A stretch of DNA of 64,000 nt, from positions 17,900 through 81,899 of the forward strand of contig CAWHVI010000017.1 in NCBI GenBank assembly GCA_963832765.1. The letters are read 5' to 3'. Position numbers and translations under genes: made by a program. Shown here piece by piece: positions 18,845-28,025 of the stretch (the stretch's first letter is position 1; each line of letters begins with the position of its first letter). Source of the stretch: an uncultured Acidobacteriaceae bacterium. Its GTDB lineage: Bacteria > Acidobacteriota > Terriglobia > Terriglobales > Acidobacteriaceae. Below the pieces are notes generated by a model that did not search any database, was not told the DNA's origin, and saw nothing but the letters and a program-made list of their open reading frames with translations.

Positions 18845-20050
18845 TTAGTTGTGCGCAAGCTTCCAGCAGGCCTGCGCAATCGCCCAGTCTTCCTGAGCGC
18901 GGATGATGAGTACCTTGACTTCCGATTCTGGAGTGGATATCTCTTCATCCGCCGGGGATCTCCTGTTTCTCTCGGCATCAAGATTTAGACCCAGGAAGCC
19001 CAGCTTCTCGCAACTTGCGGCGCGGACTTCCGAAGAATGTTCACCGACCCCGGCGGTGAAGACCAGTACATCCAACCCTCCCAGGACCGAAGCCATGGCC
19101 CCGATTCCGGATTGCAGCCGGTGCACGTAGGTGTCGAACGCAAGCTTGGCTCTATCATTGCCTTCCTGGATGGCAGCGAGAATCTGCCGCATGTCGCCGG
19201 AGATTCCAGAAACCCCAAGCAGCCCGGATTTCTGATTGAGAACATCGTCCAATTGCTGGCCAGTAAGAGGACCCTTGCGCATGAGGTACGTCAGTATTCC
19301 GGGATCCACCGAGCCGGAGCGCGTTCCCATCATCAGACCGTCGAGCGGGGTAAAGCCCATGGTGGTGTCCATGCTTTTTCCGTCCTCAATCGCGGCCAGT
19401 GAGCAACCATTACCCAGATGACAACTCACGATTTTCAGCGCACTTAGATCGCGTCCGAGTAATTGCGCGGCGCGGTGAGCGCAGTACTGATGATTGATGC
19501 CGTGAAAGCCGTAGCGCCGAATGCCCTGTTGCAACCATTCGTAGGGACCGGGATAAAGAGCTGCCGCGAGGGGTAAAGTGTGGTGAAAGCCCGTGTCGAA
19601 GACGGCCACCTGGCAGATTTTGCCGACCAGCCGCTCAATGATTTCGATCCCTTCCAGTTCCGCGCGATTATGCAAGGGGGCAAAGGCCGCCAAGCCGGCG
19701 ATTACTTTCTTCACATCCGGGGTGACGACGACTGCCTCTTCAAGCTTGTGACCGCCATGAACGACGCGGTGGCCGACGACAGCAATCTCAGACGGATTTG
19801 CGATCACCTGCGTACTGCCGCTCCAAAGGGCCTGGAGCATGCGCTCGACCGCCGCCTGGCGGTCTTTTGCCGTGGTCTCCTGGTTTGTGGCTCCCTGTGA
19901 AGTACGCACCCGAAGGCTGGCGGAATTGGCGCCCCACTCGATACTGGCTTCCCAAACAGGAGTTGGGGGATTCTGGGGCAGAGAATCCCCCAACTCGAAC
20001 AAGGCGCTCTTTTGGCTGCTGGATCCGGAATTGAGCACCAGGACTTTCAT
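18845..20050 (-). CDS. ackA: Acetate kinase
   Basis: MKVLVLNSGSSSQK, VGHRVVHGG and the full-length AckA pattern. Confidence 0.95.
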   Translation of the reverse strand: MKVLVLNSGSSSQKSALFELGDSLPQNPPTPVWEASIEWGANSASLRVRTSQGATNQETTAKDRQAAVERMLQALWSGSTQVIANPSEIAVVGHRVVHGGHKLEEAVVVTPDVKKVIAGLAAFAPLHNRAELEGIEIIERLVGKICQVAVFDTGFHHTLPLAAALYPGPYEWLQQGIRRYGFHGINHQYCAHRAAQLLGRDLSALKIVSCHLGNGCSLAAIEDGKSMDTTMGFTPLDGLMMGTRSGSVDPGILTYLMRKGPLTGQQLDDVLNQKSGLLGVSGISGDMRQILAAIQEGNDRAKLAFDTYVHRLQSGIGAMASVLGGLDVLVFTAGVGEHSSEVRAASCEKLGFLGLNLDAERNRRSPADEEISTPESEVKVLIIRAQEDWAIAQACWKLAHN

Positions 20051-20053
20051 GCT

Positions 20054-22450
20054 CTAGTAGGGCCAGGTCCAGTTGCGAATCTCGGGCATGTCCTCGCCAT
20101 GTTGGTGCACGTATAGCTTGTGGGCGACAAGCTGATTTCGCAGGAATTGTTTGAAACGGCCGCCGATCCGCTGCAGGCGCGGCACGCGATCCACGACATC
20201 TCCAGCCAGATGATAGCGGTCAAGATCATTCATCACAGTCATGTCAAACGGTGTCGTGGTGGTTCCCTCCTCCTTGTAGCCGCGTACGTGCAAATCGCCA
20301 TGATTATGACGGCGGTAAGTGAGGCGGTGGATGAGCCATGGATAGCCGTGATAGGCAAAGATGATGGGTTTGTCGCGGGTGAACAACGAATCGAAATCAT
20401 TGTCAGAAAGGCCATGGGGATGTTCTGTGGAGGGCTGGATGGTCATAAGATCTACCACATTCACGACACGAAGCTTGATATCGGAAAAGTGCTGGCGGAG
20501 AAGATCCACGGCCGCGAGAGTTTCGAGAGTGGGGACATCGCCGGCACAGGCCATGACGACTTCCGGATCGGAGTCGGTATCCGTACTGGCCCAATCCCAG
20601 ATGCCAATACCGTTGGTGCAGTGCTCAATGGCCGCATTCATGTCCAGATACTGCAATGCGGGTTGTTTTCCCGCCACGATGACGTTTACATAGTGACGGC
20701 TGCGCAGGCAATGGTCGGCGACGGAGAGCAGGCAGTTTGCGTCGGGAGGTAGATAAACGCGCACCACATCGGCCTTCTTATTCACCACATGATCTATGAA
20801 GCCGGGGTCCTGATGGCTGAAGCCATTGTGATCCTGCCGCCAGACGTGGGAGGTCAGAAGGTAATTGAGGGAGGCGATCGGACGGCGCCAGGGAATGGTG
20901 CGCGTGACCTTCAGCCATTTGGCATGCTGGTTGAACATGGAATCTATGATGTGAATGAAAGCCTCGTAGCAGGAGAACAGGCCGTGGCGGCCGGTTAGCA
21001 GATAACCTTCGAGCCAGCCCTGGCACATATGCTCGCTGAGCATCTCCAGCACCCGGCCGTCGCGCGCCAGATGTTCGTCTACCGGGAGCAACTTCTCCAT
21101 CCAGTCTTTGTCGGTCGCTTCATAAAGGTGGTCCAGGCGGTTGGAAGCCGTCTCATCCGGGCCGAAGACTCGGAAATTCTTCGACTCCAGGTTCTGTTTC
21201 ATGACATCGCGCAGGAAGCCACCCATAATTCGAGTGGCCTCGGCGAATTGGGTACCCGGCTTCCCGACATTGACGGCATAGTCCCGGAAATCAGGCATGA
21301 CCAGATCGCGCAGAAGCAAGCCGCCGTTGGCATGCGGATTCGCTCCCATCCTGCGGTCGCGTTTGGGGGCGAGTTCCGCCAGTTCCGGGATAAGCCGGCC
21401 ATTTTGATCGAACAATTCTTCGGGGTGGTAGCTCTTCATCCAATCTTCAAGAATTTTTATGTGCTCTGGTTTCTGCGCAAGATCGGCCACCGGCACCTGA
21501 TGGGCGCGCCACGTGCCTTCGACTTGCTTGCCGTCCACCATCTTCGGGCCGGTCCACCCCTTGGGAGTGCGCATAATCACCATCGGCCACACGGGCAGCG
21601 ATGCCTGGCCGTTTCTCCGAGCATCTTCCTGAATGGAGTGGATCTCTTCCACAATCGTGTCGAGGGTCGCGGCCATCAACTGGTGTACGGCTTCGGGGTC
21701 GTGCCCTTCGACGAAATAGGGTTTCCACCCGTACCCGCTGAACAGTTGGGTGAGTTCGTTGTCGTCGAGGCGCCCGAGTATCGTGGGATTGGCGATCTTG
21801 TATCCATTCAAATGCAAGATGGGCATTACAGCGCCGTCGCGTGCTGGATTGAGAAATTTGTTGATGTGCCAACCGGTCGCAAGCGGACCCGTCTCGGATT
21901 CCCCATCGCCTACCACGCAGCACACGAGCAGATCGGGATTGTCGAAAGCGGCGCCGCCAGCGTGTGAAAGCGAGTAACCAAGTTCTCCGCCTTCGTGAAT
22001 CGAACCCGGCGTCTCAGGCGCGGCATGGCTGGGAATTCCACCCGGGAAGGAGAACTGGCGAAACAGCCGGTGCATCCCTTCTTCATTCTGCGGGATATTC
22101 GGATACAGTTCGGAGTACGTTCCCTCGAGATAAGTATTGGCCACCATCCCCGGACCGCCATGTCCCGGGCCACAGATGTAGATGGCGTTCAGGTCATATT
22201 TCTTGATGATGCGGTTGAAGTGAGCATAAATAAAATTCAGTCCCGGAGTGGTGCCCCAGTGGCCCAGCAGGCGCGGCTTGATGTGTTCCAGCTTCAAGGG
22301 CTCACGGAGAAGAGGGTTTTTGTAGAGATAGATTTGCCCTACGGAAAGATAGTTCGCAGCGCGCCAATAGGCGTTAATTTTGCGCAGTTCTTCCGCGGAG
22401 AGAGGGGATGAGGAAATGGTGGCCGGAGAATCGGATTGCAGAGTGCTCAT
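20054..22450 (-). CDS. xfp: Xylulose-5-P/fructose-6-P phosphoketolase
   Basis: 798 aa with [26 protein letters not shown] and EGGELGY motifs. Its stop lies 3 nt before the ackA start. Confidence 0.95.
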   Translation of the reverse strand: MSTLQSDSPATISSSPLSAEELRKINAYWRAANYLSVGQIYLYKNPLLREPLKLEHIKPRLLGHWGTTPGLNFIYAHFNRIIKKYDLNAIYICGPGHGGPGMVANTYLEGTYSELYPNIPQNEEGMHRLFRQFSFPGGIPSHAAPETPGSIHEGGELGYSLSHAGGAAFDNPDLLVCCVVGDGESETGPLATGWHINKFLNPARDGAVMPILHLNGYKIANPTILGRLDDNELTQLFSGYGWKPYFVEGHDPEAVHQLMAATLDTIVEEIHSIQEDARRNGQASLPVWPMVIMRTPKGWTGPKMVDGKQVEGTWRAHQVPVADLAQKPEHIKILEDWMKSYHPEELFDQNGRLIPELAELAPKRDRRMGANPHANGGLLLRDLVMPDFRDYAVNVGKPGTQFAEATRIMGGFLRDVMKQNLESKNFRVFGPDETASNRLDHLYEATDKDWMEKLLPVDEHLARDGRVLEMLSEHMCQGWLEGYLLTGRHGLFSCYEAFIHIIDSMFNQHAKWLKVTRTIPWRRPIASLNYLLTSHVWRQDHNGFSHQDPGFIDHVVNKKADVVRVYLPPDANCLLSVADHCLRSRHYVNVIVAGKQPALQYLDMNAAIEHCTNGIGIWDWASTDTDSDPEVVMACAGDVPTLETLAAVDLLRQHFSDIKLRVVNVVDLMTIQPSTEHPHGLSDNDFDSLFTRDKPIIFAYHGYPWLIHRLTYRRHNHGDLHVRGYKEEGTTTTPFDMTVMNDLDRYHLAGDVVDRVPRLQRIGGRFKQFLRNQLVAHKLYVHQHGEDMPEIRNWTWPY

Positions 22451-22601
22451 GAGAACTCCTTATTGAAATGCCTGACGGGCAAATTCTGTGACCGCTCTAT
22501 TTGGTGGGCGTAAACAGTTTAGATGAAAATAGAGGGAGAAGTGTCGCCGGAAATATTAAAACGGACCTTCAGCGCCGTCATCCGAAAGCCCAGCGGCCTC
22601 T

Positions 22602-22660
22602 GTCATCGTGAGCGAAGTTGCCGTTCGCGAAGCGAAGGGCGACGCAGTCGAAGGATCCCT
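22602..22660 (+). repeat. Family-C MITE-like element
   Basis: GTCATCGTGAGCGAAG ... GACGCAGTCGAAGGATCCCT. Confidence 0.6.
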
Positions 22661-22888
22661 GCTACGATGCGGCCCCCACTGAAGCTGCAAGGCATTTTGA
22701 CTCGGATCCAAAGGGATCTTCCGGATGATCGACCCCCGAATGTGCTCGCGCAGGAGAACAAGATTGTTCCGTAGCGAAGCGGATTCTTTTATTCGCGTGA
22801 TTCCAGCGCGCGGAATAGACGCTCGCGTGATAGCAAGCTTGATATGCCGAAACTACCTGGCAGGGTCTGCGCGGCAGTTCTGACCCTA

Positions 22889-22950
22889 AGGGATCCTTCG
22901 ACTGCGAGACATCTTCGCGTGCGCGAAGATGTCTCGCCGCTCAGGATGAC
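22889..22950 (-). repeat. Family-C MITE-like element with a perfect 16-nt-arm internal palindrome
   Basis: The minus-strand sequence reads GTCATCCTGAGCGGCGAGACATCTTCGCG-CA-CGCGAAGATGTCTCGCAGTCGAAGGATCCCT. It lies about 28 nt after the stop of the isomerase gene. Confidence 0.65.
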
Positions 22951-22977
22951 AGAGCACCTGGGCCCAGAGCGAAGCCG

Positions 22978-23937
22978 TCAGGCCCACCACATCCCTTTCA
23001 GCTTTTCTTTGATGATCCACTGATTCAGGAATTGCGCCGCTTTGCTGAGGCCCTCTTCGAGCGAAATGAGGCTGTCCTCGTGCTCGATGGAGAGGACATG
23101 GTCGTAACCGATCATCTGCAGAGTGGAGATGAAGTTGCTCCAGAAATCGGAGCCGTGGCCATAGCCGACGGTACGGAAAATCCAGGCACGGTGCAGTTCG
23201 TCTTGATAAGGCTTGGCGTCGAGCGTGCCGCTAACGTCGGCGTTGGCGGAGTAGACTTTCGTGTCCTTGGCATGGACGTGGAAGATGGCCGGGCCCAGAG
23301 CGCGAATGGCCGCGATGGGATCGCTGCCCTGCCAGAAGAGATGACTGGGATCGAAATTGCTGCCGATGTTGGGGCCAACCTGCTCACGCAGGCGCAACAG
23401 GGTTTCGGGGTTGTAGACGTTGAAGCCAGGGTGCATTTCGAGGGCAATGCGTACGCCATGGTCTTCGGCGAACTTGATGTGCTTGGTCCAGAAGGGAAGA
23501 ACTTTTTCTTCCCATTGCCACTTTAAAATTTCGGCGAAGTCCGGGGGCCAGGCGATGCAAACGAAGTTGGGATACTTTGCGGTTTCACAGTCTCCCGGGC
23601 ATCCGGAAAAATTAATGACGGTGCGCACACCCAGGGCTTCGGCAAGTTTAATCGTCTCCTCACTGCCCTTGATGTGAGCTTCGGCGATTTCGCGGTTGGG
23701 GTGCAGCACGTTCCCGGCGCAATTCAGCGCGCTGATTTCAATTCCCTGGTCTTTCAACTTGGAAACGAATTCTTTGGCCGCCTTGGGATTTCCAGCCAGC
23801 CCCACATCAACATGCTTGGATTGGGCGTAGCCGCCGACGCCAAATTCCAGCGCCTGAATGCCGAGGGGTTTCACCTGGCGGATGACTTCGTCGAGGTTGA
23901 TTTGATTGAAAAGTACAGTGAACAGTCCAAGTTTCAT
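22978..23937 (-). CDS. Sugar phosphate isomerase/epimerase (xylose isomerase-like TIM barrel)
   Basis: MKLGLFTVLF..., ALEMHPG and SIEHED motifs typical of the AP-endonuclease-2/TIM family. Start trimmed to the ATG at 23937. Confidence 0.8.
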   Translation of the reverse strand: MKLGLFTVLFNQINLDEVIRQVKPLGIQALEFGVGGYAQSKHVDVGLAGNPKAAKEFVSKLKDQGIEISALNCAGNVLHPNREIAEAHIKGSEETIKLAEALGVRTVINFSGCPGDCETAKYPNFVCIAWPPDFAEILKWQWEEKVLPFWTKHIKFAEDHGVRIALEMHPGFNVYNPETLLRLREQVGPNIGSNFDPSHLFWQGSDPIAAIRALGPAIFHVHAKDTKVYSANADVSGTLDAKPYQDELHRAWIFRTVGYGHGSDFWSNFISTLQMIGYDHVLSIEHEDSLISLEEGLSKAAQFLNQWIIKEKLKGMWWA

Positions 23938-24178
23938 GTTGATCCTCTTTCGGCGAAGAATTTTATACAGGTCACGGGAAAATTGCGAAAGCTGCATACG
24001 TCCGTGGTTCCCGCCCTTCGGCTTTCGCAACGGTCGAAAATGCGCCCCGACAAGCTGGTCTGTATTCTGCACTGACGTGTACCAAGTTAACGCGCAGAGA
24101 GCGCGCGAACCTGGGGCACACCATCATCGATTTTCATCCCTTTCGGTGGGCCGCAGGCCCATGGTCGGGTACCCGGTT

Positions 24179-25759
24179 CTACTTTTCCGGTAAGGCAAAC
24201 GCCATCAAAGAAGCGCCTGCGCCGACCAAAACGTATTGACGCCCATCCAGTTCATAGGTGACAGGTCCGTTATGCATATTGCCGACCAGCGGCGCATGCC
24301 ATAAGGTGCGTCCGGTGGCGGGATCCATGGCCAGCACGTGCTGCGAATTGTCGCCGGTGAATAGGAGCTTACCCGCAGTCGTGAGAATTCCCCGGCCAAA
24401 GGCTCCGTAGAGATCGTGGTTCCAGAGAATTTTTCCCGTCTTGTAATCTATGGCTAGAACCATGCCGGAGCCACGCGTCACATCTTCGTCGCGGCCCGCG
24501 AATCCCTCGGCCTTGCCCTCGGCCGTTAGATAAAAAATGCTGTAACCCTGGGTGGCGTTGACATAGAAAAGCCCTGTCTCGGGGTCGAACGACGGCGCGA
24601 ACCAATTGCTGGCGCCTCCCGATTGCGGGCTTACCAGTGCGCCGTCGCGGGTTGGTTCCTTCCTGGGATTGGGAATCGGAGTTCCATGGGAATCAATGCC
24701 CAGGGCCCAGTTCGGTTCTACAAAGGGTACCGTTAGCAGATTCTCTCCATTGGTCCGGTCCAATAAAAAGAAGTAGCCGTTGCGATTCGCCTGCGCGAGC
24801 AGCTTGCGTTCTTTCCCGTGAAATTCTCCATCGAAAATGATCGGCGTCTGCGTGGCGTCGTAGTCGTGAGTGTCGTGCGGCGTGGTTTGGAAATACCAGA
24901 CCAGCTTTCCGGTATCGGGGTTCAACGCGACAATGGAACTGGTCCAAAGATTTTTTCCTTCCCGACCCTGTCCGGCATGCACCGGATTGGGATTGCCAAT
25001 CCCCCAGTAGATCAAATTCAATTCAGGATCGTAGGTGCCCGGAATCCATGTCATTCCGCCGCCATGGGACATAGCGTCCAGGTCGGGCCAGGTTTCCGCT
25101 CCCGGCTGCCCCGGCCTGGGAGTTGTATCCCATTGCCACTGCAGCTTTCCGGTTTCCAGGTCCAGCGACTTGAGATACCCGGGATCGTCCAGCGAATCTC
25201 CACCTACGCCCACAATCAAATGATTGCCCACCACCATGGGCGGCGGCGTACAAAAATAAGACAGCTTGACGTCGGCGATTTCCGTTTTCCAGCGAAGTTT
25301 TCCGGTGGCGGCATCGAGCGAAACCACATTGCAGTCGCGAGCTTCCAGATAGACGGAGTCGCGATACATGCCCACGCCGCGGCTCCCGGTGGCGATGCTT
25401 TCGTTAGGCGGGTACTGATAGTGCCAGATCTCGCGGCCCGAGCGGGCGTCCACCGCAAACACATTGTCCGGCATGGAAAAATAGATCACTCCGTTCACTT
25501 CCAGCGGAGTGGATTTGATGCCGCTGCCAAAGCCCGCAATGTTGGTATTTTGGAAAGTGAATATCCACTGCAACTGCAAAGCGGCCACATTCGAGGAGTT
25601 GATTTGAGTAAGCGGGCTGAAACGCCTTCCGGTATAGTCGCCGTTGTAAATTGGCCACGCATCCGTCGGGGGCTTGAGCAGCAAGGCCGGATCGAGGCTC
25701 TGCGCAAGCAACGTGGCGGAAAGCAGCAAGAAGCAAAGCAGTGCGCGGCCAAAATTCAT
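24179..25759 (-). CDS. PQQ-binding beta-propeller dehydrogenase (quinoprotein family), secreted
   Basis: Signal peptide, W-motif repeats and similarity to PQQ-dependent alcohol/sugar dehydrogenases. ATGA overlap with the upstream cytochrome c gene. Confidence 0.8.
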   Translation of the reverse strand: MNFGRALLCFLLLSATLLAQSLDPALLLKPPTDAWPIYNGDYTGRRFSPLTQINSSNVAALQLQWIFTFQNTNIAGFGSGIKSTPLEVNGVIYFSMPDNVFAVDARSGREIWHYQYPPNESIATGSRGVGMYRDSVYLEARDCNVVSLDAATGKLRWKTEIADVKLSYFCTPPPMVVGNHLIVGVGGDSLDDPGYLKSLDLETGKLQWQWDTTPRPGQPGAETWPDLDAMSHGGGMTWIPGTYDPELNLIYWGIGNPNPVHAGQGREGKNLWTSSIVALNPDTGKLVWYFQTTPHDTHDYDATQTPIIFDGEFHGKERKLLAQANRNGYFFLLDRTNGENLLTVPFVEPNWALGIDSHGTPIPNPRKEPTRDGALVSPQSGGASNWFAPSFDPETGLFYVNATQGYSIFYLTAEGKAEGFAGRDEDVTRGSGMVLAIDYKTGKILWNHDLYGAFGRGILTTAGKLLFTGDNSQHVLAMDPATGRTLWHAPLVGNMHNGPVTYELDGRQYVLVGAGASLMAFALPEK

Positions 25760-26562
25760 TTCAACGTTTCCAGATAGGCAAGGATGTTGTGCATGTCGGA
25801 ATCGGTGTACTGCGGAATCAGTTTCTGGTGCGGTGCGATCGGATCGCGCACTTGGACTTTTAGATGATCGTTCCGCTCCCAGGAATGATACTGTCCGGAA
25901 GAATCCCGCATCGATACGTCGAATTCGTCGAGAAACAAGAGCGTCCCTGATACCGTTTCTCCGGTGGGCAGCGTCACGGTGACCTTCTTGTCCGGAGCGT
26001 CATGGCCGTTATATCCGGCCATAAACAAGTGCTGGAGTTCGGGCGGTTCGTGCTTGCTGGCAATGTGGGCGAGGTCTCCAGTGGGTGAATGACAGGTATT
26101 GCACTTTCCGGCGCCGTCAAAAAATGCTTCTCCTGCCTTGGCGTCGCCGGTCAACAAGCCTTTGATCTGATAGGAAAACCGGGCCACCACTGCCTTCGTC
26201 TGCCGGTGCAAAAAGGCGGCAATGTCGGCGATTTGATCGTCGGTAAGAGAAGGGAAAGCAGGCATTGGCGTGCCCGGCCTGCCGGCGTGAACTACCTCGC
26301 CGATTTGCTTGCCGCCTACGTCGTGCACCACCAGCGTGGAACGCAGCAAATCCGGGCCGCTCTTGCCCGAACCGTCGGCTCCGTGACAAAACGAACAGTT
26401 GGAAATGAACAGCTTCTGACCGCGCACCTCAGCCGGGTTCGGAGGTCCGATCTCTGCCCAACCTTCTCCCGGTTGTTGCGCCGCTGGTCGTTGCTGGGCC
26501 GCAACCACCAGCGCCAGCGCTGATACCAACACCAATCCCCACACGGGTTTCCGGAAGAACAT
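25756..26562 (-). CDS. Di-heme c-type cytochrome
   Basis: Signal peptide, two heme motifs (CSFCHG and CNTCHS), AGGAGA RBS. Confidence 0.8.
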   Translation of the reverse strand: MFFRKPVWGLVLVSALALVVAAQQRPAAQQPGEGWAEIGPPNPAEVRGQKLFISNCSFCHGADGSGKSGPDLLRSTLVVHDVGGKQIGEVVHAGRPGTPMPAFPSLTDDQIADIAAFLHRQTKAVVARFSYQIKGLLTGDAKAGEAFFDGAGKCNTCHSPTGDLAHIASKHEPPELQHLFMAGYNGHDAPDKKVTVTLPTGETVSGTLLFLDEFDVSMRDSSGQYHSWERNDHLKVQVRDPIAPHQKLIPQYTDSDMHNILAYLETLK

Positions 26563-26678
26563 CGTTCTCCTAGGATTGCAAGCTTACCGGGCGGACGCGA
26601 AACCAGCGGAAATTGAAGAGGGTTTCACTCCGTCAAGCACCGTAGCACATTACAGAAAGCCGTTTCAAGATTCGCCGC

Positions 26679-27872
26679 TCATTTGATGGCGGCCACCGGC
26701 TCTGGCGTATGCGTGCGTTCCCGGCGGACAAAGACGCTTTGCACGATGAACAACAGAAGGGCACTTCCCGCGATCAGCCAGATGCCGGTGCGAACCGGCG
26801 AGTTCTTGGCTACAAAGCCAATCGCTGCTGGCAGGGTAATGTTGCCGACGAAGGCGCAAGCCATGAGAACTCCAAAAATTGTCCCAAAAATTTCCGGAAA
26901 GTAGGTGCTGGCGATACCGGCTGCGGTGGGGAAGATCGGTGCGTAACAAAGCCCGCATATGACGGCGGCCACGATCGCTATCTTGACGTCCCACGCTAAC
27001 GCGAGCAACGCCAGTCCTATGACAGCTCCGGCAGTGCAATACAAAACCAGCAACGAGCCTCGCATTCTCTTGGTGATTTCGCTGCCGATAAGGCGTCCCA
27101 CCATCATCAGGGCAAAGAAGACGGCTAGAATAGTCCCCGACTCGGCTGCCGAAACATTAAAGCCCTGCTCCAGGTAAGTTCGTAGCCAACCGCCGGTGGA
27201 AACCTCCAGAGACGAGTACAGCATAAAGACCAGCGCAAGAAGCAGGATGGCGGGAGTCAACAGCGCCCGGCCCATGACCTTCCAGTTGAGTCCACCCTTT
27301 GAAAGCGCCGGAGGGAAAGTTTGCGTGAGGCCCAGCAACCCGGGAATCAGGTTCAATGCAGCCACCAGAAGCAAAGCCGACCCAAGCCCAAAGCGGTGGG
27401 CCAGCAATGTGATCACGATCGGGACGCCGACGGTGCCCAGGCTGAAGGAAGCCGATGCCAGGTTCAATGCAGACGAGGGATTCTCGGGATACAAATCAGG
27501 CACGAGCGTATTCGCTCCGCTGTTGATGCAACTGGCGCCCAACCCGAGGACGAAAACCAGGGCCGCCAAGGCAGCATAGCTTGACGCAAAGCTGATTGCC
27601 GCCAGAACGATTGTGGCCAACAGCGAGCCCGCGACCAGCACTGGCTTCTTGCCGAAGCGGTCAATCACGGGCCCGGCGAAGATAGACATGGGCACTTGCG
27701 GAAAAAATAAGAGACTGAAGAGCGTTCCGCTTTGCTCCATGCCGAAGTTCAGCTTGGTCCGCAGCTCGGGCAGGGTTGATCCTAGAAAGGCTACAAGTGT
27801 GCCGAAGGCAAAGGTTCCGGCACAGGCTGTGATCATCAAGTACAGTCTCGAAGTGCGTGTCGGTGTCTTCAC
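26679..27872 (-). CDS. MFS transporter
   Basis: About 12 predicted TM segments with an MFS-like loop DRFGKKP. Confidence 0.8.
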   Translation of the reverse strand: MKTPTRTSRLYLMITACAGTFAFGTLVAFLGSTLPELRTKLNFGMEQSGTLFSLLFFPQVPMSIFAGPVIDRFGKKPVLVAGSLLATIVLAAISFASSYAALAALVFVLGLGASCINSGANTLVPDLYPENPSSALNLASASFSLGTVGVPIVITLLAHRFGLGSALLLVAALNLIPGLLGLTQTFPPALSKGGLNWKVMGRALLTPAILLLALVFMLYSSLEVSTGGWLRTYLEQGFNVSAAESGTILAVFFALMMVGRLIGSEITKRMRGSLLVLYCTAGAVIGLALLALAWDVKIAIVAAVICGLCYAPIFPTAAGIASTYFPEIFGTIFGVLMACAFVGNITLPAAIGFVAKNSPVRTGIWLIAGSALLLFIVQSVFVRRERTHTPEPVAAIK

Positions 27873-28025
27873 GTCGGTTGGACACTCCCAGCGTGGATAG
27901 TTCGCGGCATCCAGCGCCCCAAAGAAGCTACCACGGCGGAGCTATTTTGCGGAGGAATTCTGTAGAGGCGTCCGCCATGCGGACACCCCGGAAGGCACAA
28001 CATCGCGCGGATACCCGGATGCCGG

